This document shows, in pieces, positions 1 to 12,300 of a DNA stretch of 64,000 nucleotides. How positions within the stretch are numbered: the stretch's first letter is position 1; the number at the start of each line of letters is the position of its first letter. The DNA is from Okamejei kenojei (lineage: Eukaryota). The stretch is from positions 39,308,001-39,372,000 of the forward strand of contig CM069145.1 of assembly GCA_035221665.1 (NCBI GenBank), in the 5' to 3' direction. The translations under genes and the position numbers were made by a program. Under the pieces are notes generated by a model, which was given only the letters and a program-made list of their open reading frames with translations, ran no database searches and was not told where the DNA came from.

Positions 1-769
1 AGCCAACATCTGTGGAGGGAAATGGAAAGATGACATTTAGGGATGGGGTCCTTCTTCAAACCAGAGATCCTTTGAGTTCCTCCAGGAGTTTGTTTTTTAC
101 TCATCATTTTGTTTTATTTCTAAGCAACCCATGGTTTTGATATTATTATGTAGGTAACTGCCTAGAAGGCAGGAGGATCTATACAAGGGCCTTTCCCCAT
201 AGAGTTTCAGTGACCCTCAGCTCCTGCACCTTATAATGCACCCGTTTAAATCACTTCATTACAAGCAGCTATTTCCACTGGAAACCCACTAATTTTGAAC
301 CAGACCAGACTACTCAGTTGATGAATTTCCAGCAGCAGTGATGTAGGCTCCTGTTTAGAGATTTGAAGATGTTTCCAAACGTATACTTTATTGAATGATT
401 CATTTAAATGATTAAATGATACTTTATTGTCACATATAGCTAAGTACAGTGAAAGAGTTACCACGTATCTGGCGCTGACAAACTTACAAAAGTACTCATT
501 GGAGTCCTGATGATCCCTCTTTGTTCTTGGCGGCCCCTCCCCCTCATACGGTCTGCCAGCGAGCCGTCCCTCTCCTCTCCAGTTCTTCAGCCTTCGTGCC
601 CTTTGTTTCATCAAGTAACTCAGTTGGTCAGTCAGCATCTCTGGAGAGCATCTGCAGAGGGGAAATGGACAGATGACATTTCAGGACAGGACGCTGCTTC
701 AGACTGGAGATCCTCTGCGTTCCTTCAGGAGTTCTTTTTGCTCATTATCTTGTTTAATTTCCAAGCTTT

Positions 770-1380
770 GCATAGCACAGAACATGAACATCTTGGCCTA
801 CGCGATCTCACATTTGCCAAACACTTTAACTCCCCTTCCCATTCTGACCTTTCTGTCCTGGCCTCTTCCACTGTCAGAGTGAGGGCAACACCTCATATTT
901 TGCTTGGGCAGCTTAAAACCCAGTGTTATGAATATTAATTTCTCAAACTATGTAACCCTTGCATCTCCTCCTTCACTGTCCCTCCCCACCTTAGTCATCG
1001 TCTTAGTTTCACTGTCGTCCTGCTGAGTTTCACTATGTGTATTACTCATTATCACCTTCCCCACAGCCAACAATGGACCATTGAGGGCTCCACCTTTCCT
1101 TAAGCATAAATGTTGGTTTTGATCTGTCTTTTTGCATATTCTTCATTGTTGTTCTATGTACCTTTTCATCTCTCTCGGTTCCCTCTCCCCTGACTCTCAG
1201 TCTGAATAAAATTCTCGACTCGAAACGTCGCCTATTCCTTTTATTGAGATGCCACCTGACCCGCTGAGTTACTCCAGCATTTTGTGTCCATGTTCTCCAG
1301 AGATGCTGCCTCGCCCACTGAATTACTCCAGCACTTTGTGTCCTTTTGTGTAAAACCAGCATCTCTAGTTCTGTGGTTCT
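770..1380 (+). mobile_element. Penelope-like element 3' fragment (GIY-YIG tail plus terminal repeat)
   Basis: AKHFNSPSHSDLSVL peptide and downstream sequence resemble the 3' part of the Penelope-like copies at 19.5-21.2 kb and 41.3-43.0 kb. Confidence 0.75.
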
Positions 1381-2068
1381 ATACTTTATTCGTCAAAGAG
1401 ATATGGAAAATGGGACACGAGTTAAAGACTTAAATACAAGAGCTTCAGATACTTCAAAGATGTTTGTTGTTTGGAATTAAAATTGATTGGGGAGGGTGGT
1501 TAAAGGCTACGGGCGATAGATGAAACCATCAACTGCATGAGGAATACATGTAACCAGAGTTGGCCACGCTGCCGGAATACCATTTATAACACGAAGCACT
1601 GGCAATGAGTGCTTTGAAGTGGACTTTGCCTGCAGCACTCCACAGGGGCAGGAATAGTTGACCATTATCTGTGTTTAGATAGTGGGATGAAGTGAGAATC
1701 GACAGTCTTGAGTCCAACTAAACTCGCCCTTTAAATATTGCAGTTGGTTTTAAACAGGCCACCATAAAAAGATAGATGAAAGTATTCACAATGTGGCCTC
1801 CTCTACATCAAGTTCAAGTTTATTATCATACACATGAGTGCAGCGAGGTACAGGTCCAATGGAAAATCTTGCTTGCAGCAGCAACACAGGCACACACACT
1901 CAGACAGGCTCATATTTTAAAAAAAAACAAATTATGCACGAATTTCACTTAAAATTCTACAAGAAACAAGACTGTGCAAATTAACAAGATGTTTGTACAA
2001 AAACAAATGTTTGAAAAGAAAAAAAAACAAGGTGGCGCAAGAGTGTTCCGTTGTTGAGGTAGCATTAA

Positions 2069-3065
2069 TGGCCTGTCCCACTTGGCCGTCATTCGCGCCC
2101 CATTTACTCTAGCTTGTGGGTAGCGCGTGGGTAGTGCGGGACGGGCGCATGGAGTGGTGTGGGGGAGTGTAGAGTGGAGTGGCGTGGAGGAGCGTGAACT
2201 TCGTCCTGCACAAAATCTTCGCGTGCCACCGGCCTGTCGCGTAACCGACGGCCAAAGTGGGACAGGCCCAAGACCCTGTCGCGGCGCAACGTCTCACCTC
2301 CAACAGCAGCAGAGGCAGGCAAACGATCGCCGAGCTCAGCCTGGGGCTCATGGCCATTGCGGATCCGGATCCACCCCCACTCCTACTCCCAGAACGAGGC
2401 CAAGATGAGTTGAGTTACTGCAAAATGCAGGAGTAACTCAGCGGGACAGGCAACATCTCTGGAGAAAAGCAATGGGTGACATTTCGGTTCGAGACCCTTC
2501 TTCAGACTAAAGAAATATCTCGTCCCGAAACATCATCCATTCCTTCTCTCCAGAGATGCTGGTGGTCCCGCTGAGTTACTCCTGCACTTTGTGTCTATCT
2601 TCAAATGACATCACATTTGACTTACAAAATTCTTAAGGGGTTGGACAGGCTAGATGCAGGAAGATTGTTCCCGATGTTGGGGAAGTCCAGGACAAGGGGT
2701 CACAGTTTAAGGGGAAGTCTTTTAGGACCGAGATGAGAAAATCGTTTTTCACACAGAGAGTGGTGAATCTGTGGAATTCTCTGCCACAGAAGGTAGTTGA
2801 GGCCAGTTAGTTGACCATATTTAAGAGGGAGTTGGATGTGGCCCTTGTGGCTGAAGGGATCAGAGGGTATGGAGAGAAGGCAGGTACAGGATATTGAGTT
2901 GGATGATCAGCCATGATCATATTGAATGGCAGTGCAGGCTCGAAGGGCCGAATGGCCTGCTCCTGCACCTAATTTCTATGTTTCCATGTTTCTATCACGC
3001 GCTCCAGACGGCTGTGCGGACGCTACCGGCCTGTCGCGTAAATGATGGCCAAGTGCGACAGGACA
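2069..3065. mobile_element. Non-autonomous TIR element(s) (PIF/Harbinger-like MITE) with nested inserts
   Basis: TIR GGCCTGTCCCACTT at ~2070, its complement AAGTGGGACAGGCCC at ~2255 and a degenerate copy at ~3051. The same termini recur at ~50158, ~50245 and ~50523. Confidence 0.6.
2615..2993 (+). mobile_element. CR1 LINE 3' fragment
   Basis: Near-identical to 26555-26910. (TTTCTATG)n-type tail. Flanked by an ATCAC duplication (2610-2614, 2994-2998). Confidence 0.9.
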
Positions 3066-3234
3066 GTAGGATTTTGCAGGTCAGTCCAAGAACCTGAGAC
3101 TTGTAGGAAAGCAGTTGTTCCTGAAGTGGTGATTTGGGACTTCAGGCTTCTGTACTTCCCGTCTGATAGTAGCAGTGAGAAGAGGCATGACCCAGATGGT
3201 GATGATAGATCCTTGATTGTGAAATTTGAGAAAC

Positions 3235-3505
3235 CAAACCATAGGATCAAAGATGTAAGAGTAAAATTAGGCAATTTGCCCCAATGAGTCTGCTCCACCA
3301 TACGATCGTGGCTGATCTATTTTTCCCTCTGAACCCCATTGTCTTGCCTTCTGCCTGTAACCTTTGATGCCCTTACTAATCAAGAACCTGTCAATCTCCG
3401 CTTTAAAAATACCCAATGACTTGGCCTCCACCACCATCTGTGGCAATGAATTCCAGATTCACCACCCTCTGGCTAATGAAACTCCTCCTCATCTCCATTC
3501 TAATG
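3235..3505 (-). mobile_element. CR1 LINE 3' fragment
   Basis: Reverse complement of the CR1 3' end (ttggcctccacc...ggcaatgaattcc). Confidence 0.8.
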
Positions 3506-4469
3506 CTGAATGGGTGACACAAGCAATTGCAGATGATGGAATCTTGAGCAAAACACAGTGTTGGAGGAACCCAGCGGTCAGGCAGCATCTGTGGAAGGAA
3601 TGGACAAGCAACGTTTTGGGAATGGACCCTTGATCGTATTGTGAGGAAACTGTGCTCAGTCCCCAGGGGAGACCCTGACCCTCTGGTTGTCTGCCACTTT
3701 ATTTCTCCATCCCACCACCACATGGACCTTTCTGTCTGTGGCCACCTACATCACCTCATCTCATCTGGGCACATTGCAGGAGGACTCAATATCTGCGTGA
3801 CGAAAAGGAGGCCATTCAGGCCATCGTTCTTACCCCAACACTTAGCAAGAGCTTTCCATTCAGTCCAATTCCTCTTATTCCATCTCCCTAAATCTTGCAA
3901 ATATCCCCCCCACAGGAATTTCCTTCAGAAAATTCATTTTTAATGTGCTTACAGTTCCTTTTTGTATCAAAACACTTTGTCAAATAAAAACATCTTGCCT
4001 GGCAAAAATCAATCTTCCAAGGAAGTTTTTTTCTGAGGCAAACTTCTCTTTTTTGGCTATTTACAGCACGTTGTGAAGTTTCTTTTCATTGTTGTTACTA
4101 TGTAAGACAACATTTTTATTTTAAGAAGATGCACCTTCATCATTGGTCAACTGCCACCAGGTTTCCGACTGAGCCTTTGTTTTCAACGTGGAACTGATCC
4201 AAGTACTCTGATTGTTTGTGCACATTTCTTTGATCCTGGGCCTAATATCAAATTTAAAGCAGCTGTGGGGAAAACTGAAGCATTCTTCTCACAGAAAATT
4301 CATGCGGTGCGTGTATTTGTAGCCATATCTCACCAGGACTTTGGGAACTATCCAACTCTTGCACCCTGGACGTCTGAAGAAGGGTTCTGGCCCGAAATGT
4401 CACCTATTATTTTTCTCCAGAGATGCTGCCCGATCCGGTGAGTTACTCCAGCAATTTCCGTCTGTAAAT

Positions 4470-4815
4470 TCACAAATTATAGGAGCAGAATTAGGCCATT
4501 CGGCCCATCAAGTCTACACCACTATTCAATCATGGCTGATCTATCTTTCCCTCTCAACCCAATTCTCCTGCCTTCTCCCCATAAACCTTACTAATCAAGA
4601 ATCAGTCATCCGTATTAGAAATATCCATTGACGGCCTCCACAGCAGTCTGTGGCAATGAATTCCGCAGATTCACTACCCTCTAACTAAAGAAATTCCTTC
4701 TCATCTCTTTTCTAAAGGTACGTCCTTTTATTCTGAGGCTATGGCCTCTGATCCTAGACTCTCCCACTAGTGGAAGCACCATCTCCACATCCACTCTATC
4801 CAGGCCTTTCACTAT
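4470..4815 (-). mobile_element. CR1 LINE 3' fragment
   Basis: Contains aggagcagaattaggccattcggccc, the reverse complement of the CR1 3' UTR hairpin. Confidence 0.85.
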
Positions 4816-5227
4816 TTGATTTCTGAATTCTCTCCCTATTTACAAAATCGTCTATACCTTTATTCCTACTACCAAAATTCCTACTGCTGTTTTGAAAATT
4901 ATTCATCAGATTCCTGTGTCATATAGAAATAATGAACCGCAGATGCTGGTTCACACACAAAATATGCTGGAATAACTCAGCGGGTCTGGGAACATCTCCG
5001 AAGAACATGGATAGGTAATGTTTCAGGTCGAGACCTTTTTCAGACTGGCAATGCCCATGTAAAATTAACCAAATTTACCATGCAGATTTCTGTATATTCT
5101 CCCTGTGGCCGAGTGGGATTCCATCGGATGCTACAACCCTCTACAACCAATTATTTTGTTTGCAGTGGTTATTGGAGGAAACTCAGCGGTTGATCAGCAC
5201 AAACTGAAACTCACAAACATCATGTGG

Positions 5228-5490
5228 CAGGCGGCACAGTGGGGTAGCGGTAGAATTGCTGCCTCACAGCGCCAGATATCTGGGTTTGATCCTGACTATT
5301 GGTACTGTCTGTGCGGAGTTTGTACGTTCGCCCTGTGACTGCACGGATTTTCTCCAAGTATTCCGTTTGTAGGTTAATTGGCTTCGGGAAAAATATTGTG
5401 CATTGTCCCTAGTGTATAGGATAGTGCTAGTGTACAGGGTGATCGCTGGTCGGCTGAAGGGCGTGTTCCTGCACTGTATCTCTAAAGTCT
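5228..5490 (+). mobile_element. tRNA-derived V-domain SINE (HE1-like)
   Basis: Pol III A/B-box-like head (ggcacagtgg...gggtttgatcc), a central domain shared with other copies, and a CR1-like tail ending ctaaa. Confidence 0.85.
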
Positions 5491-5654
5491 AAAATAATAC
5501 TGGAGCGTGATAGCGACAGTCGACAGGGAGAAGATTATTCTCCATTCTATACAGCAAGTTACATATCCCTATTGCATTCTAATTGTGCCACTTGGTTTCA
5601 TGGAGCTTATGCTGCTCTGTGAAGTTACCAATACGTAACCAATTTAGAGACATA

Positions 5655-5930
5655 AGAATCATATAGAGTGGAAACAGGCCGCTCAGCCCAATTTGCCCAT
5701 GCCAACCAACATACCGCATCTACATTTGTCCCACCTGCCTGCATTTGGCCTATATCCTTGTAAATTTTTCCTATTCATCTACCTGTCCAAATGTCTTTTA
5801 AACATTGTGATAGTTCCTGCCTCAACTACCTCCTCTGGAAACTCATTCCATGTACCCACCACCCTCTGTGTAAAAAAGTTGCCCCTCAGGTTCCTATCAC
5901 ATCTTTCCCCCTTCACCTTAAACCTAGTTC
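5655..5930 (-). mobile_element. CR1 LINE 3' fragment
   Basis: Minus-strand ORF has the CR1 ORF2 C-terminus RGNFFTQRVVGTWNEFPEEVVEAGTITMFKRHLD. Confidence 0.9.
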
Positions 5931-6614
5931 TTGAGTGAAAAAGGACAGGGATGATTTCCACATGGCTGTGTTTATTGCCTTGGTTAACCTGGCCATTGCT
6001 TTGAGGTAAATGTGTGTTACAGGTAGTTCAACATCTCAGATGTCTGTGACAACCTAATATCTGCCCACTTTTTGTTTACACGTATATTCTGGGACTCTTC
6101 CACTGCCAGACATTGAAGAGCAGAGTCCAGTGGGGGCACCTCTCAACCAAGGGAAGGGATATCACCCCAGGGGGGCACATGAGAAGGCAAGAGTGTTTCA
6201 TTTAAAATCAGGTGCAAACACTACTGAGTATGATATATTGAATGGATAGCCACTGAGAATATATGAAGTATCTTTGCACAGTTTTTGCTTTGTATATATT
6301 TTTCATTCGGAATAAAGTTTATTTTTGTTCGTCACCAACAACTACTTCATTTACATAACAGCTTAGTGGAACAAAATACACGAGGATTATCAAATTAAAA
6401 TCACAGCTGAGCCACAGGAGGTGACAGATGAAGGCATGGTGACCCGAGGTAGAATCCCTAAACATGGGGATGATGTGAATTAGAGGAGCTTAGAGATCCC
6501 AGAGGTATTGGAGGAGTTATGGAGACAAGGAATGATGAGATCGCAGATGGATGTGAAAAGTTAAGAGAATCTTAAAATCAGGCTCTTACTTAATAGGGCC
6601 ATTGGTGATTGGAA

Positions 6615-6860
6615 CAGTGAGAGTTAGGGGTAGCCAGCTGAGTGTACCAGTGTAAAAATGGAGTGACCGGTGTGAGACTAGTCTTTGATTATGTTGGCTG
6701 CTTTTCCGAGGCAGCGTGAAAATGGTGCAAATATGTTCTGTGTGATGGACTGAGCTACATTTACAATTCCCTGCAACTTCTTCTGGTGTTGCACAGAATT
6801 GTTCCCAAACCAAGCTGTGATGCAACCCGACAGTATGCCTTCTATGGTGCATAAGGGACC
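6615..6860 (-). mobile_element. Rex1/Babar-like LINE ORF2 fragment
   Basis: CTIEGILSGCITAWFGN...KKLQGIVNVAQSI is typical of the post-RT region of Rex1/Babar elements. Confidence 0.75.
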
Positions 6861-7882
6861 AGAGGGCACCATTGGGCATACCTTTAGAATGGAGATGAAG
6901 AGGAGGGGATGTGTATCTATGGAATTTATTGCCACAGGCAGCGGTGTAGGCCAAGTCATTGGGTATTTTTAAAGCAGAGATTGGTTCTAGATTAGTGATG
7001 GTATCAAAAGATTATGGGAGAAGGCAGGAGAATGGGGGTTGAGAGGGAAAAATAAATCAACCTTGATCAAATGGCAAAGCAGATGCGATGGGCCAAATAG
7101 ACTAATACTGCTCCTACAGGTATGTCATGAACTTCTCTGTGGAAGCTTGTAAGAGTCACTGGAAACATGTAGGAGGAGACTGAATTCCTTCAGTCTCCTC
7201 CGGAAGTAGAGGTGTTAGTGTGGTCTCAGTGAGGGTAACTCATCTCCAGCCATCAGAGTCCCTCCGTTAACTGGGTTTGCACAACATGTAGTATTGTAGA
7301 TCTCTTTTATATTTCAGGGGTTAGAACGCATTTAGTTCCCTCCTGTACGTCACAACAAACATGTTGTGTTTCTTTCAATCAATGCCATCATTGTAAGAGC
7401 CTATTTAACCCTCGAGGAGATATTACACCAATACCCATGAGATCTTCAGCTTGCATTCAGTATCTTCACTTCCCAACTGGTGGTAAATAAGAAAATAAAT
7501 TGTCACCGTATTTCACCAAGTTGCTTTATTTGTGACATTACAGCGAACTGCTACCTCTAAATGGTTAAACACCATTATTTTGATTTTTAACCATGTAACA
7601 AGTATGTTTATTAAAGGTGCGTTCTGGCACCTTCTTGAGTCTGAAGAAGGGTCCTGACCCGAAATGTCACATTTGCATGTTCTCCAGAGATGCAGCCTGA
7701 CCAACTTAGTTCCTCCAGCACTTTAGTTTATTCTTTTGTAAGCCAGCTTCTGCAATTTCTTGTACCAAACAAAAAAAACGTGTTATTTTACTCAGTATCT
7801 CCCTCAGTTTCAAAATTCAATAAAATCATAAACATATTTATAAAGGAGTTTTAAACGGAATTCATATCAAGATGCTTCACCC

Positions 7883-8190
7883 GGCAGCTCAGTGGCGCAG
7901 CTGGTAGATCCGTTGCCTCGCAGCGCCAGATATCCGAGTTCGATCCTGACTGAGTTCGATGCTACCTGTGTGGAATTTGCATATTCACCCTATGATTTCA
8001 TAGGTTTTCACTGGGTGCTCCGGATTCCTCCCACAACCTAAAATGCACGGGTTTGTAGATTAATGGGCCATACCATCCCTAGTGTGTAGGAAGCTGATGA
8101 GTCATAATATAGAACTAGTGTGAAAGTATGATCGATGGTTAGCGTGGACTCCATGGACAGAAGGGCCAGTATCCATGATGTACCTCTAAA
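7883..8190 (+). mobile_element. V-domain SINE (HE1-like)
   Basis: agtggcgcagctggtag...gagttcgatcc head, gggtgctccggattcctcccaca central domain, ctaaa tail. Confidence 0.85.
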
Positions 8191-8319
8191 CCCATGGAAT
8201 CATCAAGAACATTTGACAGCATGAAAGAACAGGTGACCAAAAGCTTTAAAAGTTTTTGCTAAAGAGAGAGGGTCAGATTGATGAGGGAGACAATTCCAAA
8301 GGATAGGCCCCGGTACAGT

Positions 8320-8577
8320 GTAAATCTTTGTTGCGCGCTAACTGGTCAATGGAAAGACTATACATGATTACAATGGAGCCATCCAGTGTACAGATACATG
8401 ATAAAGGCAACAACATTTAGTGCAATGTAAAGTCCAGTAAAGTCCATTCAAAGATAGTCAGAAGGTTTTGAATGAGGTGGATAGTAGCTCAGGACCACTC
8501 TCTAGTTTTTGGTAGTTCAGTTGCCTGAACACAGCTGGGAAGCAACTGTCCCTGAATCTGGAGGTGTGCGTTTTGAA
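8320..8577 (-). mobile_element. Rex1/Babar-like LINE 3' end
   Basis: C-terminal peptide THTSRFRDSCFPAVFRQLN on the minus strand. Confidence 0.65.
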
Positions 8578-8708
8578 ACCAGAGCACCCGGGAAAACCCA
8601 CGCAGTCACGGGGAGAATGTACGAACTCCGTACAGACAACACACTTGGCCAGAATCGAATCCGGGTCTCTCGCGCTGTAAGACAGCAACTCGACCGTTGC
8701 GCCACCAT
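8578..8708 (-). mobile_element. V-domain SINE 5' half
   Basis: Reverse complement of the SINE head and central domain. Confidence 0.8.
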
Positions 8709-8779
8709 GACGCTCCTCCGTTTTAGTTCTATCTCTCCAATGGATTAAAAGGAACTGGACAGACATATTTTCCAGGCTC

Positions 8780-9230
8780 AAGGAACTGCAGATGTTGGTT
8801 TAGTAAAAAACATACAAAGTGCTGGAGTAACTCACCGGGTCAGGGAGTGTTTCTGGAGAACATGGATATAAGACATTTTGGGTCGGGACTAATTGTGATC
8901 AGGACGTGGGGGGGGAAAGAAAGCTAGAAGAAAGATGTGGGCAGGACAGCCTGGCAAGTGATAGGTGGATACAGATGGGGAGGAAGGGGTTATAGGAAGA
9001 GGCTTGGACAAAGGCCAGAGATGAAAAGAGAGAAGGTGTGAGATAAGAATAGCAGATTTGCAAATTGTCAAGCCAGAGGAAGTAGTATAGGTGGATGAGA
9101 TGGGAGAAATGGGTGCGAGTCCAGGTGGGATCCTGGTAAAGGGGGGAAGGAGTGACAGGTTGTTTGTAGGTAAGTTACCTGAAATTAGAGAATTCAATGT
9201 CCATACCATTAGTACTAAGCTACCCAGACT
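8780..9230 (-). mobile_element. Penelope-like element 3' fragment
   Basis: Reverse complement of the terminal repeat (gctggagtaactc...) plus pyrimidine-rich 3' UTR. Confidence 0.7.
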
Positions 9231-9387
9231 AATTTTCCAATTTGCTTCTTATTCAAGTTAGGCTGTCATTTCTCATTGACTCCAGTTAACTAGTGAGCCG
9301 CAATATTTATGGCAGTGGTCTTGTTGCGTTTCTGGTCAATGATAATGCCAGAATGTTTATGATGGGCGATTCTGCTGAATAATGTTG

Positions 9388-12300
9388 GGTTTTTTTTTTT
9401 TGGTTTTTTTTTTAATTTTAAATTTATAAAAGAACAGTGAGAGAAGACAGAAATAAAGAGTGTCGGAATAGATAGTCAAGCGAGTAGAAACAGAAAGCAA
9501 AAGAAATAAAGGATAGAGATGAGAAGTTAAAAGATTGAAAGAAAAGGAGAAAGTAAAGAAAAGAAAGATTAGGAGAGATCTACCTATCTCGTTTTTTTGG
9601 GGTTTTTTTGCCCATCCGTCATCCAGTTCTAAACCATTTAATTTCTACGGTTATGTTATGTTGCACCATATGCTTGTAAAAAGTTGATAAAAGGAGACCA
9701 AATCTTTAAGAATAGGTCTACTTTGCGTAGTAGGAGGAACCTCATTTCTTCAAGATGTAGCGTTTCAGACATACTTGAAATCCACATTTTGAATGTTGGC
9801 GTAGGTGCGTTTTTCCAAAATTTGAGTATAAGTTTTTTTGCTGTTATTAGACCGTAATTAAGAAAAGCTTCTTGGAATATAGTTAGTTTACTTCCCTCTT
9901 CCATTGATCCAAAGATAATCAGTTCTGTATTGGGGTTCAATTTTGTGTTAAATAGTTTGGTAAAAATTCCAAAAATATCATTCCAAAATGTATACAGTTT
10001 TGTACAAGAGACAAAGGAATGTGCTATAGTGGCATTTTGAGTTAGACATTTGTCGCAGATGGGGGAAACATTTGAAAATATTTTAATCAGTCTAGTTTTC
10101 GAATAATATAATCTATGTAAAATTTTAAATTGAATTAGGTTGTGTCTTACATTCATTGAGCATTTGTTTACATATAATAAATTTTTATCCCATCTATCGT
10201 TCGGAATTTTTATCAATAACTCTTGTTCCCAGTCCCTTCTAATTGCCTCTGTCGTTGGTGTTTCTATATTTAGAATTATATTATATAAGTAAGATATTAA
10301 ATTGCTTGATTCATTCCTTCCTCCAATAAATCAAGAGTTGAAGTTTGATATCCTTGTATATACTTTTTCAAATAATCTTGAATTTGAAGGTATTTGAAAT
10401 ATTGATTACTTTTCAAATTATATTTGAGTTGTAATTGTTGGAATGATAACATTTTTCCCATTTCATACATATCTCCCAACGTTTTGATTCCTATTATTTC
10501 CCAATGGATGAATGTTTTATCAATAATGGATGGATTGAATGAAGGATTATTAGCTAATGGAGAAAGAAGTGATAATTTTCTTAATTTTCAAGTTAGTTTT
10601 ATTTGTTTCCAAATTCGTATTATACTATGAATAATTGGATTCTTCTTATATATTATAGTGTTCAGTTTTATCGAGGAAAGAAGGATCACTCCTATATTAT
10701 AAGGGGAACAATCCTCTTTCTTCATTCTTATCCAATCTACCTGTTGGGCAGCACTGTCCAACCAGTAGATTATATTTTTAATATTCACTGCCCAATAATA
10801 ATACAATAAGTTAGGGAGTGTCAGTCCCCCTGATTCTTTAGATTTACACAAGTGTTTTTTTTAAATTCTGTGTGATTTATAATCCCATTTGAAATTTATA
10901 ATATCAGAATCTATTTTTTTAAAGAATTTTTTAGGTAAGTAAATTGGTATTGATTGAAATAGGTACAATATTTGTGGTAAGAAGATCATTTTTATCCCAT
11001 TTATTCTGCCTATTAAAGACATCGGCAGGGTTTTCCAAAATTTAATCACCCCATTTAATTTAGTTAATAAGGGCATATAGTTTGCGTTAAGTAATGATTT
11101 AGAGTTCCTAGTCATTTGAATGCCCAAATAAATTTTTTCTGTTGTAATTCTAAAAGGGAATTTCAACAAATGTGTCGACTCTTGAGGTTTTATCGTCATA
11201 ATTTCGCTTTTGTTCCAATTTATTCTATATCCTGAAAAAGAACCAAATTCCTCTATTAAATTTAGTATATTTGGTATGCTAATTTGCGAATTTGTAATAT
11301 ATAATAATATGTCGTCTGCATATAATGAAATTTTATTATTTGAGTGTTTGGTATTATATCCATGATTATTACCTATACGAGGTAGTTTTACCGGGCAATA
11401 TTAGTTGGTATTTTGACAGGTCCAAAAACGCGCAGTTTCCGGCGGGCAATATTACTTGATATTTTTCTTCTTCCGGGTTTCGCCATTGAAAAACGCGCAG
11501 TTTCCGGCGGGCAATATTACTTGATATTTTTCTTCTTCCGGGTTTCGCCATTGACTTTTGCTAAAGGGGAGCGGCGGCCAATCAGAGGATTTATCCAGCT
11601 TCACGGGGAGGCCAATCAGCGCCTGTTGCTAAGCGAGCGGCGGCCAATCAGAGGAATCTCACACGGGGAGGCCAATCAGCGCCTGTTGCTAAAGGGGAGC
11701 GGCGGCCAATCGCGAAGAATCAGGTCACGGCATCTAAACAAACATGGCAGCCTCCAGCAGTGCAAGATTCGCGTCTCTTGACGACGACGGAATTATTTTA
11801 ATTTACGTGGGGATAGGTAATAATTATAATATTGACTGCCTTCGTCTTCGACTCGGGCAATATGATTTCAGTTTGGGCAATATTCCTGGTGTCTCCCTCA
11901 AGGCCAGTCAATATTATATTAATATTCGGATGACTTTTTATGCTTTCAGCTAAAGGCTCTATCACTAGTGCAAATAGCAGGGGCGATAATGCGCACCCCT
12001 GCCTATTGCCCCTTGCTAATTGGAATTTCGGGGATAATATATTATTAGTCAGTATTCTAGCCGTCGGCTTATCATATAATAATTTTACCCATGAAATAAA
12101 ATTATCTCCCGTGTTAAATTTTTCCAATACTTTGAATAAATATTGCCATACTACTTGATCGAAAGCTTTTTCTGCATCCAATGAAATAATTGCTAGTTCT
12201 TCTTCAGTATTATGTGAGTACATTATATTAGACAGCCGTCTCAAATTTTTAAACGAGTATCTCATTGGTATAAACCCTGTTTGGTCCGGATTTATTAGTT

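Noticed and set aside
1529-1717. Minus-strand ORF in unique sequence, considered as a neighbouring-gene exon
   Set aside because: No recognisable protein similarity or convincing splice sites.
7318-7482. Possible exon (tttcag...gtaaat) with one open frame
   Set aside because: The peptide is unrecognisable and there are no partner exons; splice-like signals at this level occur by chance.
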